NCBI GenBank assembly: GCA_965644295.1
Contig: CBFFRP010000476.1
Coordinates: 1-23,202, forward strand
DNA length: 23,202 nt
DNA from: Paraphysomonas bandaiensis
Taxonomy: Eukaryota; Protista; Chrysophyceae
Reading direction: 5' to 3'
Below are positions 1 through 9,039 of this stretch, in pieces. Made by a program: the position numbers and the translations under genes. How positions within the stretch are numbered: position 1 is the stretch's first letter; every line of letters begins with the position of its first letter. Below the pieces are notes generated by a model. That model ran no database searches. It had not been told where the DNA came from and worked only from the letters and a program-made list of their open reading frames with translations.

Positions 1-2
1 TA

Positions 3-2634
3 TTTGCCGATTTTTCAGACTGGGCTATCGTTATCTTTGATAATATGCTAATACTAGCCAACGATCCCCAGGATGCTTATGATAAGTTGGAACGAGTTAT
101 TGACAGATGTCTGGAGAGAAACATCAAGTTGAAAATGGCTAAGAGCTGGCTTGGTTTTAAGAAAGTTAATTTTTTCGGATATGTATGCAAACACAAATCG
201 TATGAAGTGTGTCCGGATAAAAAGGAAGCGTTGGCAAACATACCTATGCCAACATCGACTAAACAAGCTAGATCTCTGCTAGGCAAGGGAGTTTTCTTTT
301 CCAGCTTCACGCCAAAGTATTCTGACTTAGTAGGTCATCTAACAGACCTCACTAAGAAATCTTTCAATTGGAATAAATCTACTTGGCGTCATGATTATGA
401 AGCTGAGTACAAACGTTTATAAAAGGTTTACAAGATGCTTGTGAGCTCTTCTACCTTGATTATGAGTTAGAGTGGATTTTACGGACTGATGCAAGTGAGC
501 TAGGTATAGGTTCTGTACTACTACAACGGAAGATATTACCGTCAGGAGAAGCTCAATTGCAACCTATTGCCTTTTTATCTCTAAAAAGTTTTCAGAGCAA
601 GCAATGAAATGGGCTACTATAGAGCAGGAGGGCTATGGTATCTACTATTCGGTTAAACAGCTAGCGTATTACTTAGTTGGAAAGCAGTTTACAATAGAAA
701 CAGACCATAACAATTTGCTCTGGATGGAAGCGTCTGAGGTACCAAAAATTGTTAGATGGAGAATATTCTTGCAATCATTCAATTTTAAAATCCGACATAT
801 TTCGGGAGCACAGAATTGGTTAGCAGACTGGTTATCCAGGGAACACCAACTGGCTTATCTGTCGGGCATGTTCTTGGATGATTCGTGGGATGATGCCTAT
901 TTTCTGGGAGAGGACTGTCAGGATTCTGAGTATTTCTCATTCCTAGGAAATTTTATGGACCCGTCGGATCTCAGTGACCAAGAACAACCTTCCATGAATA
1001 TATCTCGTGAGGAATGCTTGCGTGAGGTACACAACTCTCGCGTGGGTCATCTTGGAGGGAAAGCTACTTGGATTCGTCTCAATAAACGTTTTCCAGGGCA
1101 TGGAATACCATATCAGGTGGTAGCAGAATATATATCCAACTGTCCAACTTGCGTAAAAACCCGGTTAGCCATGAAGGAAGCACTTATTCCCATAGTGCGC
1201 AACCTAAAACCACCGGGGGCTCGCAGTGCTATTGGAATTGATGCAGTGGAGATCACTCCACATGGCAAGGACGGTTACACTCATATCAATGTGATAGTGA
1301 ACCTTCACACAAAGCTCGTTTTTCTGGAACCAGTAAAAGGAGTAACGGCTTTGAATTTAGCGATTACTGTGTGGAAGTATTGGTCCTATTACGGTCACAC
1401 GGGTGTCGTGATTTCAGACCAGGGTCCGGATTTAACTTCGGATCTATTCCAACAGCTAACGGAATACATGGGAATGCGCCATACGTTCAGTATAGCCAAC
1501 CGGCATGCGAATGGCTCAGAACGCATCATAGGCGAGGTAGTTCGTCACCTACGCGCTCTAGTATATGATGCTAGCGAGCGTCAAGAGCGCAAGGATGTTT
1601 TTGAAGATCCTAGCTGGATCGCCAGTGTCCAACACATTCTTAACTCCGAAGTGTCATCTGAGACGGGATTCTCACCATTCGAGTTAACTTTTGGATCGGA
1701 GGACAAGCGTTATTTTAACGTGGACACCGACTCTGTTTCCCAGGATGCGCATGCGCGACTTAAACGTTTTAATGATAACCTTCGTGAGCTCAGGGCAGCT
1801 TCGCATGCTTATCAACAGCGTCTTGTGCAAGAGCGGGCTAGCCAAGGTATACCGGCCGACAAGCAGAACAGATATCAGCCGGGAGATCTTGTTTTGTTTG
1901 ACAAGGGTGCTAAAGTCCATCCTAAGATGTCTCACCGTTATATGGGTCCTTTCAAAGTCATATCTCAATACAAGAATGACATTGATTGCAGACATTTGGT
2001 GACAGGACAAGTTGTGAAAGTCGATGTGCGTGAGGTTAAACTTTTTGCGGGTGATCAAGACACAGCGTATAACATGGCTTGCAGAGACCATGAACAGCAT
2101 GTGATTGACACGATTCTATACTACAGAGGTGATAGAGACATCAGAACCTCTCTAGTTTTCACTGTGAAATTTCAGGATGGTGATGTTCGTGACATTCCAT
2201 TCAGTAACGATATTTTTGACTCTATTCCATACGCCGATTTCTGTTCTAGGAAAAGATATTTGTATCATCTTATTTATCCGGTTAAAGAGGCAAAGGAATA
2301 TATTACAAAAATCCGTAAGCAGCCCATTACTAGTTTTCAACCAGGTGATGAGGCTTATGTTGACTTAAGAGTTTTCGGGGACTTGTGGTATGAAAGCCTG
2401 AAGTTACCGGACTCTCATTTGATTACTTATGTTGCACGTTTTGTCTTCACACATTGGTATCACAAAAGTTCCAAACGGATACTCTCAACTAAAAATGTGA
2501 TGACTAAACAAACTTTCCGACTTGATAATTACCATATCCATTGTTTTGCCCATAAAGAATTTGATTCTTCTACAATGGTCTTGGTAGACGAGGAATTTGC
2601 CAGCAAATTTCCACAAGTTAATCAGTCGGTATAA
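3..2634 (+). pseudogene. pol: E1 pol (RT C-terminal half, RNase H, integrase, chromodomain-like, C-terminal extension) with two frameshifts
   Basis: WAIVIFDNMLI (RT), LRTDASELGIG / EQEG / TDHNNL / ADWLSR (RNase H), HNSRVGH...CPTC (IN zinc finger), IDAV / SDQG / NGSER (DDE), GPF motif. Frame breaks at ~417-419 (one T missing) and ~581-582 (extra CT). ORF 604-2634 is intact. Confidence 0.93.
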
Positions 2635-2636
2635 AG

Positions 2637-3183
2637 TGAGACGATCGGAGATGTGGGGGTCCTTGGCAGAGGGCTTTGCCTTGTTGATGCATCAGTTGGG
2701 TACCTTATGCTCATACCCGCGGATAACTTCTTACTACGTGCAATGACGTCTGATCTTACTAGGTGCCTGTTAGATGCTATTAAACAGACCCTTAAGCTCT
2801 GATAATCGTATAACTATCAATTATTAGAACTATCCTTACTTATGCTCTCATAACCTTAAAGAGTGACTCACATAGCAATCTTGCACTTACAAGCTGGCTC
2901 TACACTTAAGCACCCATATCATACTTATCACCATCGTATCTCTACAGTTATCGTAATGCTGTCCCTGTAGTCGTACTCATCTACTACTCATCGTACCTAT
3001 CTACTACTCATCGTACCTATCTACTACTCATCGTACCTCATACCCAATTACATACGTACTCACGTACCCAAGTACATATGCACACACATACCTCCACCCA
3101 ACAGCTACCCTACCACCGTATACTCACTGTAGTCAGGATACACTCACCCCACGATATATGGGACTACATGCGGATTTGTCACA
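2637..3183 (-). repeat. E2 3' LTR (547 bp)
   Basis: Direct repeat of 11775-12321; I counted 3 substitutions by eye. Contains a 20-bp tandem repeat at 2981-3038. Confidence 0.97.
2981..3038. repeat. Tandem repeat (CTACTACTCATCGTACCTAT) x ~3 within the E2 LTR; second copy at 12119-12176
   Basis: Directly visible 20-bp unit with no spacers. Confidence 0.9.
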
Positions 3184-3191
3184 TTTCCCCC
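3184..3191 (-). promoter_or_regulatory. E2 polypurine tract (short, GGGGGAAA)
   Basis: Purine run immediately 5' of the 3' LTR start (TGTGACA) on the minus strand. Confidence 0.75.
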
Positions 3192-3213
3192 GAATCTACG
3201 ACCTGACCAGGTC

Positions 3214-6200
3214 TTAAGCACTCTCGGGTTTCATATTCACTGCATGTACCCGGCCCTTCTTACCATAGAACTCGGCCTCATACAACACCGCATTAATCCT
3301 CTTCGTAACCACAAACGGTCCCTCAAACCGTGGCTGTAGCTTCATAGAAATTTTATACTTCTCCTTCTCCTTGGCCGAGGCAAATGTCCTGACTGGACAC
3401 CGTCTCCTATAGAATCGATCCCCCTCCTGATACTCCCGATAGCGTAGCTGTCTCACCTTGCCGCCGCCCGTCTTGTCACCAGTCGCCTCTCTCAGCTCAG
3501 CTGCATATGAGGTGATCCCCCTATTCATTCGGGCCCAGTTCTTCCTTGTTCTAGCTGTCACTGCAGTCCAGGCGGTCTCCAATGCCTCCACCAAGTTCAT
3601 AATCCAGTCCTCATCCCCATCTACCACCGCCTGCTTCTCCACCATCCTCTCATCAATGCCCACCATCTCTGGCGTTGATGCTTCCCGTCCAAACATCATA
3701 TACATGGGTGTATAACCTGTAGCGGCATTCACTGTCGAGTTATACAATAATTGGATCGTAGACAGATATACATCCCAATCCGAATGCTGTACATTCACAT
3801 AGTGATGCAATTGGTCCTTCAGTGTGGCGTTCATATTCTCCACCAACCCATTCGACCTTGGATTCTGGGGAGTTGTACACACTCTTGTAATCCTATACAG
3901 CTTACTGATCTGTTTATCTAATTTATTCGCAAACTCCCGTCCTCGATCGCTAATTAGCATCTGTGGTGCTCCAAACGCGTTGTATATCTGTGTGACTAAC
4001 ACGTGAGCTACTGTCTCCGCTCTCTTATCTGCAATTGGAAACATCCACACATATTTGGACTTAAAATCCTTACACACTAGTATATACTTATTTCCCCATG
4101 GCGTCTCAGGCAGCTCCCCCGTCAGATCAATATGTAGCCTGCCCATGGGTTGCTTAACCTCTGGATACTCCATTACTGGCACCTTTGGTCTACACCTGTA
4201 AGCTTTCCGCAGCTTGCACGCTATACATGAGCGACAATAATCGGTATGCTCCGCTCGTTGTCCCTCCCAGTGGTAATGCAACTTCATTGTCCCTACTGCT
4301 CGCGTGGCCCCTACGTGTCCAATGCCTTCATGGAAGATCCTCATACATGTGTCCTTCAACTCCCTAGGCACCACTCTCCTCCATATCTTGCGTTCCCCCA
4401 TCCTCAACTGATGGTGCAATACCAATGACTCCTCAATCTTAATCATCTTGTATATTCCCTCGTCCTTAACCTCTAACTCCTCGCCCTCCTGAATCTGTTC
4501 CATTAGTGACCGTAACCCTTCCTCCTTATACTGAGCATCCCTCCACTCTCGCCCACATACCGGCCATCTCTCAGACTCACTACTCCCTTCTACTCGATAC
4601 AAGTCCGTCAGCGCATACAAACCCATCGGTCCATATACTGGAAATGCTTCATCATCATATCTGTATGTCCTTCCCGTTAACGATCGCCGGTAACCCATCA
4701 CTGCTCTTGCTTCCTTGGAGTAAAATATGGATCTCACCTCATACAAATGCCCATTTTCATCATCCACAAATTTCCGGCCTACCAGGAACTGTAATTCCTC
4801 CGCTAGCTCCTCACACTGCAGTACATTATCATAAGCATAAATCTCAACGGCCTCTTCTCTCTCCTTGCGCTCCTTCCTTTTCATTCTCTGGCTTCTCCTC
4901 CGCCTTCCCGTTCCCTCCATCACTTCCTCAGGCCCTGCTATCTCGACGGACCCCTTGGCGTGGTCCTCCTCTCCTCCTTCTCTCATCTTCCGTTTCTCTT
5001 TCTTCTCCCATTCTCCCCTTACTCGTGCAGCTTGCTCTGGTTCCAACTTATCCAGCCTTTCCATCCAATAGTCATTCCCATATGAAACTAACACTTCCTC
5101 TCCCGGCAGTATCTCTGTAGTTGCTACCACGAACAGTCGCTTTCCCCTCATCACTATCTTGGCATTGACTAATGTATCATCCAGTGGATCGTTCGCGAAT
5201 CTTCCCCAACAGGATGTTGCCTCCTTCGCATCCACATATACCACCTCGCTCCCTCTCTTCTTAGCCGCGAACACATAATCCGTATCCTCTGATGCTCTCC
5301 TCTGTTCTGCTTCTTCCGCAGACCATCGCTCGCCATCATATTCACATATTATTCCATCTTCTCTTATCTCTTTTGTTGCGAAAAGGCCCCTGCCTGCTCC
5401 TCTCAACGTCGACGGCATGACAGTCACCCTATTGTACCCGGTGGCTTTCTTATCTCGCAGAGCCCATAAATCTCTATCCAATTCGACTTCCTTCCAGTCA
5501 TCCCTATGAGGCACCTCCCTTGCTGGTCTCATCTGCTGCTTTGGCTTCTCCCTCAGTGTCCGATCCGACCGTCCATATTTGCTCACATGTCTCCTCCTCT
5601 CTTCCTCTGTCATCTGAACTCCTTCCTGCCACCCTCTCACTACGTTAGCTCTCCTGATCTCTCTATTCTCTTGGGCCTGTTCCTTATACTGCTTCCTCAC
5701 CTCCTCTGCCTCCCTTACTTCTGCCCTTCGTTTCTCAGCGCGTGCTATCATCTTGGCTCTCTTCCTTTCCATGTCCTGTGCCAGCAAGATGTCCTCTTCC
5801 GTCACTACCCCTTTGTCCCACTCAAGGTCGTCAGCTGTCAAATATTGTGGCTCTTCTCCCTTTCTCAATAGCCTCGATACCGCATCTGCATCCATATGCT
5901 TTGTCCCTTGCTTATAATGGAGGTGGAAACTCATTCCCATCAGATCCAGCAGATATCTCATGAGCCTCCCATTATTAGACGCGGTCTGACCCTTATACAT
6001 ATATACTAATGCATTATGGTCCGTGTACACATCCACTTCATTTGCACATCGTAAGTACAGATCCCAGTACATCATACAGTCATGCAATGCTTTACACTCA
6101 ATCTCCGTCGGCGAATATTCCCTTTCCGTAGCATTCAAAATCTTGCTCCAATATGCTACTGGATGCCACTCCTCCTCATCATCCTGCTGAAGTAATATAG

Positions 6201-9039
6201 CTCCTATCCCTCGACCCTTCCGGCATGCGTCTACCCTCACCTGGAATGGCTTGGTATTGTCCACCAGACGCAAGCATGGATGAGCCATCAGTTCCTCTTT
6301 TAGTCTATCAACGGCTTCCTCGTGTTCCTCATTCCATGCCTCCGCTACGTTTACTCCTTTCCTTGTTAGGTCATGCAATGGTGCCACAATACTCGCATAG
6401 TCCTTGATGAAATGTCGGTAATATAAGGTCAGCCCTATAAACGCTCTTACAGCTGATACATCCTTCTTCGGATATTCCAATTCGTCTATGGCTTTGACCT
6501 TCTCTGGGTTGGGGTATTTCCCCTTTTCATCCACCATGAACCCCAAAAATGCCATGCTCGGGTAGTTCAGATGCACCTTCGTCACCTTGAACACCAAGTC
6601 CTTGCTCTCAAGTTGTTGGAACACCTTCCCTATGGATCCATAGTGCTCCCAGAACTCCCTCGAATGTACCATGACATCATCCTGATATACTAACGCCTCC
6701 TCCTGACTAATGCATTGGAATGTCTCCGCCACGATCCTTGCCCATTCGTTAGCACTGTTCCTTCCTCCTTGCACCATCCTTGTTGGCTGAAGGTACTCGT
6801 CATGTGTTCTATATGCAAACTTTGCTCTGCTCCCCTTCTCCAGGTCTACCACCCAAAACGCATCCTTGATATCCCCAACCGAGAAGTGCTTCGTTCCCTT
6901 TTTCACTTGGTCCAACAAATCATCAATCCTCGGCAATGGAAATACATCCGGTAACGTCTTTGCGTTCACTTCTCTGCAATCTATGGTTTGTCGGTAGAAG
7001 GTAGCCACCTCTTGCTCATTCCTCGGGTCCCACATAGCCTCCCTGGCATGCTCCCCCCATTTTTCCTTGAATTTTTCAATTCTATCCCTATATGGTATTA
7101 GTACCAACGCTGATGCCCACGCCCCTGGCTCCGCTGGTTCCACCTTTCGTTCTCTCTTCCCTATCCTCGCTTTTGCCTTCATGAATGCTTTCTCTACATC
7201 ATTGTACCTCCTCGGTCGACACAACACTGGTTTGTCATCCGTGGTTCTGATTCCTGTCTGATAATTTCTTAATTTTTTCGGGTTGTCGGGATCCGGATGC
7301 ACCAGCACATTCGCCCACGCTACACATCGAGCCAGTAAAATCGCTCGCTGGGTTGGTTGTCCATCTTTCACGCATATTCTCCACTTCCCTTCTCGCCCTC
7401 TAACCCTATTCTTCCACTCCTGTCTCTTCTTCTCCGCTACTGGGTCCTCATCCTCGCAACTTTCCTCCCCCAAATCTAGGACCTGACTAGGTCTCCATGG
7501 TGTCTCCACTGGATGATATCCCGCTCCCCCTGGATCCCATATCTCCGTTGACCATAGTAAGGTCATAGCTATATCGTCCCTGGCAATATCCAGATAGTCT
7601 ATGATTTCCCAGATTACGTCTGCGCGCCGCTCCTCCGGGTATTCCTCTCGGATTGCTACATAGTGCGCTTGATCGTCTGGACTCATCCAGTGCCATAGAG
7701 CCGTCCACGGATGCTTGAATTCTGGCGGACATTCAGTGGATTGTGGAGTCGCTTCTACTACTCGCGTGGTGTGTGCCCGTACCTCTTCCTGGTCCTCTTG
7801 CTCATCCAGATCCTCATTCGTATATCGCGGCATCTGATATACCGGCTGTATTTCGACGCTGATTGCCGACCGATGTAACTTAACGGGCTCGGATGACCAA
7901 TTTTCCACCCACACCCCATGAGTTCCTGTGCAGGACGTCACGTCCGGAATACGTACTACCTCTCTCCACTTCCCCGCTATGATCCCTTTCGGCACATCCT
8001 GTCTGACTACCGTTACGATCGACGACGCGAGAGGTGAAGTCTCCATCTTGTGAACTGGTACAAATTGGACTGAATTTGCAGGGATGGTGGCTCGCTGTAG
8101 ACACGCTCTGTGTGCTCTCCGTACTCCATTGGCCCGACGAACCCCCTCCATAAACTGATATATCCTGGCCTCCTGAATAGGACTTCTTTGTTTTCCAATC
8201 CACTCACATGACCCCGCGTATGACCGTCCACTCATCACCACCTCAATACCTGACTCCGTGGTGGTAACCACGAACGCTCGATGTTTCTTAAGCTCAATTG
8301 CATCCGATCCTCCCCACAGTGCTGAGATCGTCAGCCCTGGTACTAGATCAAACCTTCTCTCCCATATCCCTTTGACCGGCGGTCCGGTTTGCAACCGTCC
8401 ATGCATTTCCCCATAATATTGTACGCCTTCCACCTCCATTCTCAAGGTGGTATATGAAGTGACCTCCTCTGGCTGACCATCACCCCCTGTAGCTCCCATA
8501 ATACGATAACGTTGATGCTGTGGTAACACTGTGATTGGCAAGCCCATCTCCTTAGCCAACCCTTCATGCATAAACTTCCAATCAGATCCTGGATCCACAT
8601 GTAATACCATAGGCATCCGATTTCCCTCGACTTGGGCAACCCCACACCACATGGTCAGAGAGTCTGGCTTCCCATTCATTCCTGCCTCTGTTACCGATGT
8701 ATGAGCTAGGCTGACCCTAACTGGTTTGTCCTCCTGCCCCTGCCCTCTCTCTTCCCCGTCCTCCTCGTACCAGTCCTCATCCCACTCCTCTTCCGCTTCA
8801 GACATCTCTACCCTGGCGTGATTCATTCTGACAAACGCTTGCAAATTCTTCTCCTTCTGGCGCGAGACTTCGGCATGGAAAGCTTTCTTCTCCTCCTCTG
8901 TGAATGTACTCCATGCTGACCGAGACTCCTCCATTTTCCTCTTACAATTTCTTGGTACGCCCGAATTTCGAACCGCGTGAATTTCTCTGGTTGATACCCC
9001 TTCCACTTGCCAGATGTATCCCTCAATCTGTAGAAGCAC
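3214..9039 (-). CDS. pol: E2 Pol polyprotein: protease, dUTPase-like fold, RT, RNase H, SET, integrase
   Basis: LHVDPGS (PR); FPLPRIDDLL, GDIKDAF, VYQDD (RT); RVDAC, EIEC, YTDHNAL, ADAVSR (RH); HEGIGH...CIAC, HIDL, SDRG, NGLVE (IN); EGPF. The frame is uninterrupted. The true N-terminus probably comes from gag near 8945, so the ORF-track start is nominal. Confidence 0.96.
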   Translation of the reverse strand: MLLQIEGYIWQVEGVSTREIHAVRNSGVPRNCKRKMEESRSAWSTFTEEEKKAFHAEVSRQKEKNLQAFVRMNHARVEMSEAEEEWDEDWYEEDGEERGQGQEDKPVRVSLAHTSVTEAGMNGKPDSLTMWCGVAQVEGNRMPMVLHVDPGSDWKFMHEGLAKEMGLPITVLPQHQRYRIMGATGGDGQPEEVTSYTTLRMEVEGVQYYGEMHGRLQTGPPVKGIWERRFDLVPGLTISALWGGSDAIELKKHRAFVVTTTESGIEVVMSGRSYAGSCEWIGKQRSPIQEARIYQFMEGVRRANGVRRAHRACLQRATIPANSVQFVPVHKMETSPLASSIVTVVRQDVPKGIIAGKWREVVRIPDVTSCTGTHGVWVENWSSEPVKLHRSAISVEIQPVYQMPRYTNEDLDEQEDQEEVRAHTTRVVEATPQSTECPPEFKHPWTALWHWMSPDDQAHYVAIREEYPEERRADVIWEIIDYLDIARDDIAMTLLWSTEIWDPGGAGYHPVETPWRPSQVLDLGEESCEDEDPVAEKKRQEWKNRVRGREGKWRICVKDGQPTQRAILLARCVAWANVLVHPDPDNPKKLRNYQTGIRTTDDKPVLCRPRRYNDVEKAFMKAKARIGKRERKVEPAEPGAWASALVLIPYRDRIEKFKEKWGEHAREAMWDPRNEQEVATFYRQTIDCREVNAKTLPDVFPLPRIDDLLDQVKKGTKHFSVGDIKDAFWVVDLEKGSRAKFAYRTHDEYLQPTRMVQGGRNSANEWARIVAETFQCISQEEALVYQDDVMVHSREFWEHYGSIGKVFQQLESKDLVFKVTKVHLNYPSMAFLGFMVDEKGKYPNPEKVKAIDELEYPKKDVSAVRAFIGLTLYYRHFIKDYASIVAPLHDLTRKGVNVAEAWNEEHEEAVDRLKEELMAHPCLRLVDNTKPFQVRVDACRKGRGIGAILLQQDDEEEWHPVAYWSKILNATEREYSPTEIECKALHDCMMYWDLYLRCANEVDVYTDHNALVYMYKGQTASNNGRLMRYLLDLMGMSFHLHYKQGTKHMDADAVSRLLRKGEEPQYLTADDLEWDKGVVTEEDILLAQDMERKRAKMIARAEKRRAEVREAEEVRKQYKEQAQENREIRRANVVRGWQEGVQMTEEERRRHVSKYGRSDRTLREKPKQQMRPAREVPHRDDWKEVELDRDLWALRDKKATGYNRVTVMPSTLRGAGRGLFATKEIREDGIICEYDGERWSAEEAEQRRASEDTDYVFAAKKRGSEVVYVDAKEATSCWGRFANDPLDDTLVNAKIVMRGKRLFVVATTEILPGEEVLVSYGNDYWMERLDKLEPEQAARVRGEWEKKEKRKMREGGEEDHAKGSVEIAGPEEVMEGTGRRRRSQRMKRKERKEREEAVEIYAYDNVLQCEELAEELQFLVGRKFVDDENGHLYEVRSIFYSKEARAVMGYRRSLTGRTYRYDDEAFPVYGPMGLYALTDLYRVEGSSESERWPVCGREWRDAQYKEEGLRSLMEQIQEGEELEVKDEGIYKMIKIEESLVLHHQLRMGERKIWRRVVPRELKDTCMRIFHEGIGHVGATRAVGTMKLHYHWEGQRAEHTDYCRSCIACKLRKAYRCRPKVPVMEYPEVKQPMGRLHIDLTGELPETPWGNKYILVCKDFKSKYVWMFPIADKRAETVAHVLVTQIYNAFGAPQMLISDRGREFANKLDKQISKLYRITRVCTTPQNPRSNGLVENMNATLKDQLHHYVNVQHSDWDVYLSTIQLLYNSTVNAATGYTPMYMMFGREASTPEMVGIDERMVEKQAVVDGDEDWIMNLVEALETAWTAVTARTRKNWARMNRGITSYAAELREATGDKTGGGKVRQLRYREYQEGDRFYRRRCPVRTFASAKEKEKYKISMKLQPRFEGPFVVTKRINAVLYEAEFYGKKGRVHAVNMKPESA
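5065..5430 (-). other. SET domain (lysine methyltransferase fold) within E2 Pol
   Basis: GAGRGLFATKEI (GxG motif I), ICEYDGE (motif II), DYVF...VDA, WGRFAND (motif III, H replaced by D), ATTEILPGEEVLVSYGNDYW (motif IV with conserved Tyr). Confidence 0.92.

Noticed and set aside
2981-3038. CRISPR-like array
   Set aside because: Head-to-tail 20-bp units without spacers, inside a eukaryotic LTR, with no cas genes.
8584-8604. Protease motif DPG as a sign of inactivation
   Set aside because: DPGS variants are common in Ty3/gypsy proteases, and the catalytic Asp is retained.
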